DNA of 64,000 bases, taken from Fimbriosthenelais zetlandica. Taxonomy: Eukaryota. The stretch lies in contig OZ365109.1 of the NCBI GenBank assembly GCA_977030845.1, positions 52,080,001 to 52,144,000 on the forward strand, given 5' to 3'. The stretch's first letter is position 1. Every line of letters begins with the position of its first letter. The translations under genes were made by a program, and so were the position numbers. The notes beneath the pieces are model-generated. The model was given only the letters and a program-made list of their open reading frames with translations, did not search any database and had not been told where the DNA came from. Positions 1 through 13,140 of this stretch are shown here, one piece after another.

Positions 1-2096
1 TGTAATGAGAAGCTCAACGAGTCGCTGACACAGACCAGGCGGCGAGCAGCTCCGCTCCGAGGTGCCGGGTCGACAAATTGGGCGTCGGTCGGTGTGCTAG
101 TGGTATGCAAACACTCACAACTTTCAAGGGGGCAACACTTCACCCTCCCTATGTCCGATACACTTATCCCACCACACACAAACCTCTACCTATAAGCCTA
201 CCTTCCTCCGTCTTCTGTTGATTAGTTCTTTTACCCTTTCCCTGATTACTTTCCTTTCTTTCTGAATGTTTTTACTGCCCTTCCCTCTAGTACCTCTGTT
301 CTTGTAATTCCTGCTATCTACAGGATGGAGGACTGGCCTGGAGAGTATAGGGATAAGATGAGTGAGTTTTCTCTCACACTGAAGTAAATTATGAGGAGGC
401 GGGTGGAAAATGAGGTCTGACATGGACATAATATCCATCTGCTTCTAGTGTGGAGGAAAAAGTGGAACAGCGTGTATCGTTTTTGAAGGTTAATGTAATT
501 GTCGGAGACTTGCTAAAGGCAAACTTAGAATTTTTAAATTATGGCATGTGAGGTCTTTGAGGCGTGTTTCTTTTAAATTAACTATAACAAAGCCCTCCGG
601 AGATTATTTTCATCCCATTTTATCTATGACTAATAGTTAATAATTTACAAGTATTAGTAAAATACCAGGAAACTAACAGGAGGGAAGAAAATTTGGATTT
701 ATAAATAGTCTATACACCATTTCTCAATTTAGGCACAGATGTTTTTCTAAAGAGTTGTAAAGTTTAAAATAGGATTTAAAGGGGTGTTTATTGTGCCCCA
801 GAGAGGTTCTGGTCAGAGGGCGTAACCATGGTGACAGTTTTCACACATATGCTGTCAAAATCCCCTTCTTGGTCTCTGAACCAGTGACCATGACACGCAA
901 AGATTCTGATTTACAAAGATTCCACCTCGTCACCTTAAATATAATTAACGGGAGGGACAATATCTATTGCTGGCTCGGTCCAAGGGGGAGGTAAATGACA
1001 GTTTGCGATAGTCCTCGGGGCAACAAATAGGAAGGACAGAATTCAAAGCTCTCTTCTTCACACTCACATTTTCTCAGATCGACAGCGCTTGCGCAATGAC
1101 AACGTGGGGGAATGACGTCAATCATTGTCAAACGACATTTAACCGTCCAGAGGGGCCGGACCACAGCTAAAGTCCTAATTTAGGCGAAATTTTCTTGTGT
1201 AATCTGACAGATACAATTGAGAGCTGAGGGCTGAAGGGCTCCCCTCCTCTTGTTGACTTTATTTAATGGGATTTCATTTTGAATTCAGTTTGAGAAATAC
1301 ACCCAGAGCCTATACAAGTTTCCACTAGCTTTCTCAATAATGAAGATGTGGATTTTGACATGAGAAATGCCTGAGGCTTGTAATAATGTACCTGTAATTG
1401 GTAATTTCATAGATAACTAAAATCCATGGTAATCTCAGGTTATTTTTGTTAGTTTCATTAACATGAGGGGATTGCATTTACTCTGGTATGGTATTTTACT
1501 ATCCAAAAAACCATCAATCAGTGTTCAGTATAAAAGCCATTAAAGACCAACGACAGGCATTATGTGAAAAATGTCTACTTATTAAGGTTAAACTCAAACC
1601 AAGAAAGCAAGTACGCCGAACTACAATTCAAGGACTAAATTGTATAAATGAAATACGAAGCTCGATCATAAACAGTTTGCATTATATGCTGTCATGGTCA
1701 GACATCCCAGGAAAACATCCGTAAGTATCGTGCTGATGCATCCCCAAACCTAGACGCTGGTTTATAAATATCTCCACTTTAATTTGGCTAATATTAGAAG
1801 TCCTAAGCTTTTGCTTACTCACCAAGTCCTGATAAACAATGTGGCACTAGAAGCAGAACCAATAGTGGCGTACAATAGGGTTTCTCTAAAATAATTTGCC
1901 CTCACAAATATTGCGCACGCAAAGGTAAATAGGGCCTATTTTAAAGGGGAGTTTCAATTTCCCATTCTGTATGAGCGTTTATGGTCCAATGACAAAGGGA
2001 ACAATTAGAAATTGAGAACATAAAAGACCCTGATGGACAAGGTTACATCAGTGTTTTTATAGGTGAGCTGCCGTACATGAAAGGCTTGGAGTAAGT

Positions 2097-2210
2097 CTAT
2101 TTAAAGCGTGGTGAGTAGTGGCAAATTAAAGCAGCTTCATGTTTATATTCAGTGTAGTAAGCCTTGAATGTCTTCATCAGGGCACACACCTGCAGATGTG
2201 AAGAATTCAT
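2097..2210 (-). mobile_element. Degenerate pogo-like DDE_1 fragment
   Basis: NSSHLQVCALMKTFKAYY resembles SHxLQPLDxGVxKxFKAYY. Same strand as, and downstream of, the 4840-5103 fragment. Confidence 0.35.
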
Positions 2211-3121
2211 TAAAAATAGAAACGGTTACGAGTTAAAGGTCTTTTTGATAATCCTTTGTAATATAAACCTCAACATCAATACAAGTCTATATTTTGCAGT
2301 TAGGATGCGATATGGTATGTCCTGAAAGCAATGAATGAAATAAATTATATTCGTTGGTTTATATTTGCTCACACTTAATGAGCCCTCTGTTACTTATAAA
2401 GCAATGTTTCAAATAGCTGTCAGGAAAACATGGGGATATGATCCTGATGATCTGATCATCCTAAAACCTGAGAAACTTTCAGTGCCAGAGGTCTAACTTT
2501 TAGGGAGCCATGGCATGATGGCCGAGGAAGCGCCAGCACCTGTACGCCATCTACCGGATATTGGCCGAACTAATTCAGTAGTGCTCTTTCAGTCAGGAAG
2601 GAAGGACCCGACTAGATAAACGTTTGGACGTTCGTAACGTTGTTCAAGAACCAAAACCCAAAACTGACATATCTCAGCCATGTCTCTTAAATATAATTTA
2701 ATCTTCAATAAGGAAGGACTAATTCTATGTAAACCTGATGTAACAACCGGTATGTTTTGCACTGGTTCACAGACCCTGGGACATCAACGTGGAGAATATT
2801 ACCATCTAGGCCTACTGAGTAGGCTAGTTCAGGACAGTATAGAAATAATAGGCGTCAATTTTAATAAAAATATTTTCAAAACAAAGGTGTCAAAAAGCAG
2901 ACAGCACAGAAAGGCTGACAACAAAACGACGTTTTGATTGACAAATACCCTGCCCCGGGGTATAATTTTCATCACGCCTTTCACGGCAGCACTATAATTT
3001 CATACCGACATATCTTCTAACATATGTCCTTGCCCTTGGAGATCTGCATTTACCAAGACAGAAAAATGACCAAAAATTGGCCACTGACAGATTTACAAAA
3101 ATCTGGAAATGGTGAATTGCT

Positions 3122-3139
3122 TCGATCGCGAGGGGTTAA
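3122..3139. mobile_element. Possible piggyBac-type terminus
   Basis: ...CGATCGCGAGGGG-TTAA (AGGG end followed by the TTAA target). No matching left end found. Confidence 0.25.
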
Positions 3140-3616
3140 TTAAGTAGGGGGAGGGAGAAGAGATGTGTGGAGAGGGGTGGAATGACTGGGTCCTGAGTGA
3201 TATGTGGTAGGCAGGTGTAGAGGGGTGGTAGAGGTCAGAGAAAGGTGTGAAACGGGTGGTATTTACTCACCTGGGTGCGTGATGTGGGCAGGGTCAGGGG
3301 AAGGATGTAGGGGGTGGAAAGAAACAGGGAAAACTCAAGCCCCAGGCAAGGTTTGTGGGACCTAGGTTTCCGGGCCTTCTCTTGTTGTCCTTGGAGTTGG
3401 GCGGTTTTTAGAAGGTGGGAGGCTGGGGTAAAATGAGACATATACCCCATCACTAGACAAACCTGATCAACCTAGAGAAAGGGTAAGGTTTCATTGGGGT
3501 CCCAAACCCAGACACCACTGCTAAACACAGTCCATAAAACCCCGTTGTTGTTAATTGGTTAAAACCTAAATTCCCTAATCACTCCTAAACTAACATAGGT
3601 CTTTAAATACTAATTC

Positions 3617-3690
3617 TACAGTAAAAGCCGAGTTAAAGACCTCAAATTCCACTAGTGTATATCCTTTGAAATCAGCAATCTTTTACTGTA
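3617..3690. mobile_element. Short pogo/Tigger-type MITE remnant
   Basis: TA-CAGTAAAAG ... CTTTTACTG-TA (9-bp perfect inverted ends, 70-bp element). Confidence 0.35.
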
Positions 3691-4839
3691 CATGTATTAA
3701 TAACAAAAAGTTATATCCGACAGATGTACCCAGTAATTAAAGGTAATACAACTGTACATTTTATTTTCGTATTTATCGTATATGTAACGATTTCATGTAA
3801 AACTTGTACTGTAAATCAACCCATGACCAGATTCTCCTCTTAGTTATATGTCCGGATAGTAAATATAAATGAACTCTGTTCACTGGACATCTGTCTGATG
3901 AAATCTTTCAGCACATAGCAATCTGTACCTGATATGATCTTGCTGGATTAACTAACCAATAAATACAAAGCAACCGAGAGTACATTTTGTCAGGTAGTAA
4001 CTCGAGCAACAATTTAATATTAAAATTTGATGAAGCAGGATGGTTGCGCGCTTTAAAATCATATATATATATATATAAATTGTCATTATCATTAGGGTGA
4101 TCTATGATGATGACATTGTGAATTTATATTATGAATGTATTCAGGGATTAAGGGACAAATATTTCACACACATGCAGATCACTAATGAAAATCAAGGTAA
4201 AGGTGTAAAGAGGCAAAGGTGGATTGACACTTCCACAAAGGATCATTTTCTGGTCCGGGACAGGAGGTATTTTTGTATGGGAGCCTGGAAACACCAGACA
4301 TGCATGAAGCATACGGCACTGAGGAGATGAATAGAATGTGGTGAATGCTAGCTCTGATAGATCACTCCCATTCAACATGGAAAATGTCATGGCTCTCACA
4401 CTGATAGAGTCCCATACAAGATACGTGGGACTGAAATGTCGATCTGAATAGGATCGGACTGGATCTGATGAGCCTGATTAGAGAATTGTTTGAAGCATTG
4501 CATTGGCAATGAATCCAGAAAATAAACCACATATGTTTTAAAACTGCCCTTCCATGCTTATGGATTTGTGCGTTTTATGACATATATCTTAACATAGGCC
4601 TATATATCTACGCCATATGGAAATTTTAACTATATGATCGTTTCATGATGTATGGAAGGGAAATTGGGATCGCTTTTATTCCTAATTGTAGATTTATGGA
4701 AATCCGACCAATGTGTAGAGTGATTTGTGGTGGACTTTCAGCGAACTGATCTTATTGATGCATGAGCGAATTGAGAGCGTTTAGCAATTCCGCACGCACA
4801 TTCCTTCTCACATGAATAACGCAATTATCATTATTCCAA

Positions 4840-5103
4840 TCAATACATTAAAAGCGTGGAGAATATGGAATTTATCAATTTGGGAGTTAAGTTTGCCTTG
4901 CTAAGTATCAGATCGATATGAAATACATGTAAAAATGAACAAGGTAAAAAATTGTGGTTACAGCCATTACGACTACCGCAAAGTTTCCAGCTTGAGCCAT
5001 CACGACAACCGTCAATCGGCAATGGGCAACCTTTTGCTTTAATGTATAGATCCCTAGCAGGCTGCATTAAGTGCCTATCAATCACTTCCAATCGATCGGC
5101 CAC
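4840..5103 (-). mobile_element. Degenerate pogo/Tigger-like transposase fragment (CENP-B HTH to start of DDE region)
   Basis: ARDLYIKAKG...GSSWKLCGSRNG and ANLTPKLINSIFSTLLMY resemble the recalled pogo patterns GWLxxFxxRHG and NLxPxxIYNxDETGL. Weak. Confidence 0.3.
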
Positions 5104-8100
5104 TTTTCCACTCTTAAATGAGCCAAGGGGCGTTCCCAGAGACAGGGAAAAAGGGGGAGCAGTAGTGCGATGAGTGGGGGATTAATGTAAAAAAACATTT
5201 CGGCCATTTAAATTTAATTAGTACCGTTAGGATATGTATAGTTTCGTACTACAGATTCAGGGGCGTGTACTATTGTAAATACCAAAACACATTCTCCCCT
5301 TTCGTTTCAAGAAAACACAATGACAAATTTAATATCCCCTAACGTTTCCTCACCAGGGCAGACTGTGTGAGAGGGTACAAATGACTAGGCCATGAGGGCA
5401 TTTGATACGTACCTCACTTAGCCAGTATAATACACGGATTCCATGTGAACGCATGCCCCTCCAACATACGAGCCAAGTACAAGAGGTGGATTTCAACGTT
5501 ATGGTAATGCCCACCCCGACACATTGGGCATCAAATTAAGGGGAGGTATGTTTGGACAAGAGTCAGAAGTGTCATTGGTCACTGGCCTTAACAGTGATAA
5601 GATTTCCACGTTTTTGAGAGTAATATACATGTACTGTACTGATTGCCATTTCTTTTGCTAATCATTTAGCACTTTTTTTAGGGCTGCCTTGAATGGTTTT
5701 TATTAGGCTTATACCTAATTTACATTCTGAAAGTCAATTCAAGATAGATCCAATCCCCTTAATTGCAGTATACCTCAGAGTCCTCTATTAGACTTTAAAG
5801 ACTGAAACAAAATATTCAAGTAACGAGTCTCACTAGTGAGAGTGTTAGGCTGAATTGATATTCGAACGCAGGGTGTCGGATAAGTCACAACTGAGATGGA
5901 TTTGGATGGCTTTGAGTCAGTGAACCGTGAAATTGACCAGTGAATGTGGGGAACTACTGAGCTCCCACACGATCATATAGAGGCCCACTCACCAGGATAA
6001 CATATCGTTCAATGCCTTGAGGCGTTTTGATCCTACACTTTAATATTAAAAACCCATGAGTTATATCCCTATTAATTCCTCTTGGGTGTGGATCGAGGAG
6101 TGTGTGCCATACCAGTGGGTCATTACATAATCGTATCAAGATCAAGACAAGTAAAAGGTGTTGGTGGATTGGGATTGAAGGCAGAAGCTTATTTTTTTAT
6201 GAACTGTTTTGGCTTCTCACCAAAACTGCATGACTCCTCTCTCTTGCCTACCAACACATAGCTCTACCTGGCATTAGTACGTGTAAATGACATCTGTACA
6301 TAAAAGGTGGTGGTGACCCAACCTCAATTTTTGACACTCAAAATCTGTTCTCCAGTCTATAAAAACAGTACAATTTATCAAAAGTTGAAGGGTAGATATG
6401 TATTGGTAGTAACCATGGGAGTATGTTCCTGTCTGTTATATGTCAGTATGTGGTTTGCATTCAGGTACATTTGAGAGCAGATTGTAATAGTGAGGTATAT
6501 GCTTACCGGGAGGCTGGGGCTTGTTCTACCGTCCACATCGCCCCTCTACTGTATCTCAAGGCGGTAAACCTTATCCCCCAGCTGTTCTAACTGCCATGAG
6601 AACACCCAGTACATCCAAACACAGTCAAATCATGACTAAATCCAGTCAATAACTAACAGCTATAATCCATATTCAGGTAAACCACCTCTCATGCACTTAT
6701 AGGTGCTCACATCTCTGCAGTGTTAATCCAGTATAGGAGATGTGTTATGGTAGAAGTATGTATGAGAGGGGCACATGAAGGTGTGTTAAAGGTGAGGTGT
6801 TTGACACCTTTAGTTAGGCCGGAACACCTGCACGTACTACCCGGCCCGCGGCTTCACAGGGAATGAAGACCCGGCGTGGTAACTCGTGGTTGAAACGGAG
6901 AGAGGAATGGAGCGTCCAGCCCCCCCGTCGGGCCTTATACAGAGCCCTTCCACTCCCCGACCTACCCACCTCCTCCTTCCTCTCCCCCCATAATACACGC
7001 TTTTGTGCAGGGTCTTTTTGTTATTGGACTCATTAAAAAGTGGACAAACATGGCCCTCCACCGTTTGTATCCAAGGGAGGCCGATAGTGGGCGCTGTGGA
7101 ATGGAGAAATGATGCCAATGGCGCCTGCTGAAAGGGCAGGGATCGGAAGGCAAACAAGAGCCCTAGGCTGAGGGCTTAATGTAAAGCCCTTCATCAAAGC
7201 CCTTTTCCTCACCTGGAGGAAGGTCCAACTGGATGTTCAAACAAGCTTTTGTCATGTCCACTTGTATGAGGACTTCTGGTGCTCTGTACTAGAGCGGTGC
7301 CAGTCTAAAGCTCCCCTCTTGGCCACTATTTACCTGGGATAAACATATGCATGTATGGCTATAATGGAAAGCTAAGTTTGGCCAACCACTGTGCGAACAC
7401 CATTACACCTCTTATTTTCTTGCTCTCTTGAGATATTGGTCCTTGGTCTTATATTTACACATTCTCGTGTATATCACACCTCAAATATCATGTCCTCTCC
7501 ATAACCCATAACTGGAATTATTTATTCATTTTTTTTTCTTTTTATGAATCAAAGCAAAACATCCAAAACGCCCCTGAAAACTTTTGGCACCACATTTTTC
7601 TGAGCGTCTAAAGACAGAATACAAATCGGAAATATCAGGTGCTCGTATAAAATGTGATTTATTTGTAAATTTATATAGAAATGGCATATTTATTGCAGTA
7701 TAATTACCTTGTATTCAAAAGGTTGGATTTTGTTCTCAATCACTCAGATACACGTTATACAGGAGTGTTTTGATCAATATCTGCCGACACAAAAACAGGA
7801 ACATAACTCTCTCTTTATATTTGACACCTACAGCTTTAATTTTCTTTTCAATACCATTCGCCCCCACCTCGTTGAACCACCTACCTCCCCCAACAGTGAT
7901 TAATTGTTTCCATACACGTTACACACAAATGAGACCATACCACCCTCAGACTCTAGGTGATGAAGGCTCGACCCTTGCCCGGGCTTCTAACTGTTACAAT
8001 TCTTTTTTTTATTAAATTTATTTTTTGTTTTATTTTATTCAACCAGATATGTGCGCCACCGTGTGGCGACTGCCAGAGTGACATGTGGCCTGTTGAAATG

Positions 8101-8903
8101 GATCGGCTTACCACAGCTTTGTCCCAGGCCGAGTAGCGACACCTCTTGGAGAATAACCCACACCTTTGGATTGGCCATCTCACCTGTAATTGGCAGGTGT
8201 TCAAAATTTCTGCCCCCTCCCACTCCTCGTCATTGCAATCAGAATGGAGTTAATATCCCTTCTCCGTTACAGATGCACGTTCAAGCATACCAGTGATAGG
8301 CCCCAAATCGGAGCAGCCATCAGATTATGAGGGGTGATTGGTCGTGAATTTGCTTACAGGTGGAAGGGCACTTTGAGACTTTTTGTCATACTGGTGTGAT
8401 TTTAATGACATTTGAATTGGAAAGGGCGGCTGTTTGGTAGTTGATACATATATTATACAAGGACCACACATACTGTTTTATTGCTGTCTCACTTGTTACA
8501 ATTTACAAATAGGTCATGATATTATGCCATCCAGAATATTAAATACGAAATATGAATAACATTATTGTGACAAAACACACAAAATGTATATTGAGAAACC
8601 TTTGTTTTCAGAGGGATATAATTCTGTAATGCATTGTACGGTTTCTACAGTAAAACGGATGTGAATAGCATATGGTGTGATTTCCCTATGCTCATTCCTA
8701 TTATGGACATTCTGAGGCTAACATACCTAGAGCTGAAACTTCACTCTCCAGCCTGAAAATATGTTACCATTTGATACATCACCAAGTCTGAGAGCAGCAG
8801 GGGCATCTTAAAGCTAAAAAACATCCATCATTATACCATCAACAGTCTGTGCATTGATTACACCTCACGGGATCCAACTTCACCTCCACCACCCCCTCAG
8901 CCT

Positions 8904-8923
8904 CCCCCCCCCCCCCCCCCCCC
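8904..8923. repeat. Poly-C homopolymer (20 nt)
   Basis: Directly visible. Confidence 0.9.
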
Positions 8924-10459
8924 ACCGCCCCCATCTTTCTCTCCACAAGTCTCCCACTTCATGCTCTATTGATCAAAGCAACGTTGGAAACGAAAATAAT
9001 GAAAAAGGGTCTTTTATCAACTCCAGGTTTCTAAATTTGTGAGTTGTATGTTGGTGTATACATGTGTTTGTAGATGGAGGAGTAGGCATATATATAGGCT
9101 ATACCAGGTAGGATGTGTGAGACAGAGTTGAATGAGTACTGGGTCTGTTGAGGAGCCACGCTCACTGGGCAACAGTCAAAGGTAACCTGAAGGAGAACCA
9201 GGTAGAGACCGGGCCAACAACGACTGGACCCCCCTCGGATCAGCGTTTAGGAAAAGTCCCTGAAGCAAACAATTGCTGGAAGGTGTAAGAAGGACCTATG
9301 AGGACTGCCCTCCCCAAGGGCCCCTTCTATAGAGGAGGCCCTTATGTAGTCAGCCAAGCGGCCACGTGCGCCGTGGGGGGCGGCAGATTTTCACACGACC
9401 CTCTGGATATGGTGGGGGCAGAGGAAAAGTCCTTTTCTGTAAGGATCAGAGACATCATTGTCCTCCAAAGCTCTCACAACTTCTTCTTGAATCCTTACTT
9501 GCTCTAAATGTGTTCAAAAGACATTATGTTGAAATGTTTCCAATCCTAGCTGCTAATTTAAAAGCCATTTTTTTCTCTCACTAGTGCAGGCCTAAGCCTA
9601 TCTTGTATCTTTTTTCTATTGAAAATGTGACGATTTATCCAATTTTCCTTATATTATCAATAATCCACAAAAACATTCATGATACTGGCATCTCCTATCT
9701 GGTAGCCTAAAGTGCTTTCTTGGCTCTCATTCCCATTCTTTAAGCACATGCGCGGCACGAGCAGTACTAATGTGGTTCTGGTTGGCTGGTTTGAGGCTAT
9801 CACAGCGACCCCAACGAGGGTGAAGAGAAGCATTAAGATGACGTGACTGATAAGCGTCTCAGGTGCCAAGACATATGTCGCCTTGACACCCCTGTCTCCT
9901 TAACAACACTATCAACTGATCTAGATCTTTCTGCCTGACGCCGATTTTCAACCACAAAGTTTGGCCTCACTACAAAGAGCACGTGGGGAACTACTTCTTA
10001 ATATGGGATCAATGATGAGTATAAACAAGCTTCAGACCAAAATAAGCCTACAGCTGAGCTAAATTGTCCCAAGGATCCCAAGATCGAAAAAGATAATAAA
10101 TATTTATGCCTGTTGTCTGCCATGATTAGGCCTATTTCAAGTTCTTTCATATCTTATCTGATAGAAAACCTCGCCTCGATTTAAATAATAGGCCTATGGT
10201 ATAGAGCAGCGAATCTTTATGGCCCTGAGTCGGGTCTATGGAGTATGGGGGGAATCGCCTGATTCAAACATATATTGTTATACTACTTACCTAAAACAAA
10301 TCTCATTTGGCCCTCACATTACACGTACCGTTTCCCTGATTAGCCCAGGGAATCACTTCCAGTCATTGACACTTCTCTGGCCCGGCGGTGTGAGGAGAAG
10401 AACCGGGCAAATTATATGAGTTACACCTTTACCCCCAAAACGAGGCAGAGACCGGTCCA

Positions 10460-10545
10460 TCATGGCGGCTAGTTTTCTCGCGAGAACGAGTTTTCTCGCG
10501 AGAACGAGACTGGGCGCGGTGGCTGACGGGAAGTGATGGCGGCAG
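10460..10545. promoter_or_regulatory. Housekeeping-type (CpG-rich) promoter: 2x TCTCGCGAGA (BANP/ZBTB33-type), ETS-like GGAAGT, 2x YY1-like ATGGCGGC
   Basis: The 18-bp tandem AGTTTTCTCGCGAGAACG (10471-10488, 10489-10506) contains the palindrome at 10476-10485 and 10494-10503. GGGAAGTG at 10528-10535. ATGGCGGC at 10462 and 10536. Splice donors flank the site on both strands (plus 10554, minus about 10290). Confidence 0.7.
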
Positions 10546-10759
10546 CTGTCAGGGTGAGGAGGATGTTTCTACTTGTAGTTGGTGGCACGCGTAGTTGCCG
10601 ACAACTAATTACTTCCCACCTCAGGTTTATAACAGCTGTCCTGCTCCATATTCGTCAGCAATACTATCTTCTCTACCCCCATACTCAGTGCTCCCCGAAG
10701 CCCATATTTTCTTATTGGGGTGGGGCACACTTCATAGTAGAAAGTTATATAGCCTATAG
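10536..10759 (+). other. Candidate short spliced ORF or first exons of an unidentified (possibly decayed) gene
   Basis: ATG GCG GCA GCT GTC AGG|GTGAGG, then a 71-nt intron (10554-10624) with CTAAT branch point and cccacctcag acceptor. The spliced product is MAAAVRVYNSCPAPYSSAILSSLPPYSVLPEAHIFLLGWGTLHSRKLYSL*. No family recognised. Confidence 0.3.
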
Positions 10760-13011
10760 GCTATACTATAGGATTATAGGCCTACTGGTAATTAAAGTCT
10801 TTTTTGTTTCTACAATTAGCCTATGCCCCGGCCTATGTAAAAGTAGAATTCCACTTTTGTTGGCCTATTTGCATTATATATAGATTTAATTCTAAGTCGG
10901 ATTAATAATGTAGATGTAATAATTTCTAAACTTTACTTCAATAGGCCTAATATATTTCCCTTGCTGATACAAAGCACCCTTCTCAGGGCCCTGCAGGAGG
11001 TCTCTCCTCTCTATAGCTCCTCTCACATCCCTATTATCGCCCAAACTGCATTCCAACCAAGCTTTGACAGGCCAAGCAAGACATAGCATTTCGTTACACA
11101 TGTCTACCTTCATAACCCAGCTCCCACCAACTATATTCCCTTCTCCGCCTCCTTCTTGATGGAGAAGAGACAAGAGGAACATTGCAAATTATGGGAAGCA
11201 GGAAGCAGAACTGATCAAAAGTGTCTAAACTGAAGCTTTCTGTGTTCTTTACGTGTTTGCATCCAAGGAAACAATCTCATTTATAGTACTTGGTCAAAAG
11301 GCATGTTTCGAAAGAGCTGCCAAGCAGAATAATAGAAGGGAAAGAGTGTTGCTTTAGCTGCTGAAGTGTTGATTTTTATGTGCATCAGATGTCTATCTGA
11401 CTACTAGGACCTCCTAAAGGTCTATTGTTGAAAAATCAGACAAAGCACGTGGGTCGTCAATATGAATAGACATTGTATTTCGCTTGGACTTTCAATGAAG
11501 ACATAATTACATTATAATAAATCATTGCAAGTTTAACTATTTTTTAGATAAAGTAGACCTCTTTTAATGACACTGACATCCCTCTAACATATTTTTCACA
11601 TTAAAACCTCCAGGCATATATCATGGGAATTCCTGATTGTGAAGTACGTAACGGGAAAACCTTTTCATCACATCGGTTCATCATCGTCCGTTCCCTGTAT
11701 TCCCTGGTTTAGAGCCCTGCTTGAAACCAGTTGATGATCATCCAAACCTAATCAAGATGAAGGGGATAAGAGACACAATACTCCATGAAGTACAGACAAT
11801 AAGCTTGCCCTTGTGGCCCGTGTGCACTCTGTTACATCGAGGGAAATGCACATTCACCCCACCGGAAGGACGGCCATATTGCTGTGGGACATATCGGACG
11901 GGACTGACTTTCAGCAGAAATGCTCATTTCGCCAGATGATTATTATGGACAATTAGGCAAGAGACTCGGTTATAATGGGCCCTAATATTGGATTTAAGTT
12001 CTAACAACTGGAGGCTATAAATAATTCAGGTAAGTTGACAGTTCTAAACATCCATATATTTGTAGTTTTTTAACATCAATCTTGTTAATGTGCAAATTTC
12101 AGATGGGAAACTGAGGGGAAGATTAGTGCCCCCTCTTTGTTCACGACAATATCAATATCATGACCCTTTGACCTGCTCTCTGGTACCCCTTGCCCAGAGT
12201 GGATTATTACCCCATATTGGATGATTTTCTGTCATCAGTGCTTATCTCTGCTCGTCCTAAACAACCCGATACTAATCCACTACGTCCAGGGTCAAGGCCG
12301 TTTGGGGTCACTGAATTTCCACTGTCATGGAAACGAGAGCCCTTTTTTAATTAAATATATTGCTGTCATGGTAACAGATCTGTCCTCATGACACCAAATG
12401 TTGGACTGTCCCTTCTAGCTCATGCACATGATCTCTGGAAGGTTTGAAACCTACAATAGCTTGAGGTAAATCTCGTCTTGACCCCATCTGGATTTGCTTT
12501 TAGATAGGACGTAACTAACCGTCCAATGTGTGTTGACAAGGCCACCGCTAGGGGTCGAATGTTCGTTGTTGGGGTCGGGCTTTCGCATGGGCACAGCGGT
12601 CATCCCTCGGGAACTCTACCCCACCCTTGTCTACTACTCGATAAGTGATAAATGCCAGCATTGTTTGTTGCCAAGGTCTATCTTTACAATTCTCTGCTGT
12701 AATCTACACTAGGCTTTTGTTTTGTTTCTTGATCCCTCAGCTGTTAATCGTAAGTTTAAAGAACAAAGTATATGACATTGTGATATCTTCAAATATATAC
12801 TTTTTGCAATTCTATTTCAAGCCCATTTTTATTCAAGATCTGTGAGCAAACTAGCTACGGAAAATGAGTGGACCAAGCCCGTACTGTTTAGTCAGTATGA
12901 AGATTAAAGTTAGCCTTGCTGACAGTATATTTATTGTAACTTATGTAAGTGATTTTCAGAGAATAATATTACATGTATATCCGGCCCAAAACTCAGACAG
13001 AGCACACAGTA

Positions 13012-13140
13012 CGACTTTCATGTCTTTCAGGAATCTCACTCCTGGGGCCTAATTTTCCATGCTCACTCACGCTGTGGTGTGAGATGTGTACCTCATTATC
13101 CTTACTTACATACAATACTCAGGGGCGTAATGATACATAT
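13012..13140 (+). mobile_element. L1/Tx1-like APE endonuclease relic
   Basis: DFHVFQESHSWGLIFHAHSRCGV followed (frameshifted) by NTQGRND resembles xxLQETH...W.G.xFxSH...RGV...DxxGR. Confidence 0.35.

Noticed and set aside
190-438. 82-aa basic ORF with an apparent acceptor and donor
   Set aside because: No recognisable family and it could not be linked to other exons; may be a LINE fragment.
4330-4400. IECGEC...QHGKC resembling a PHD finger
   Set aside because: In-frame stops and incomplete Cys/His spacing.
8040-8240. Chromodomain-like EEWE.AEIL/VRW/VGYS fragments before an A-rich tail (minus strand)
   Set aside because: Needs several frameshifts; probably a retroelement end but not assignable.
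10510-10528. TGGGCGCGGTGGCTGACG resembles the 5' end of 7SL/Alu
   Set aside because: Similarity stops after about 18 nt. The following sequence is ETS/ATG/splice donor, not an SRP Alu domain.
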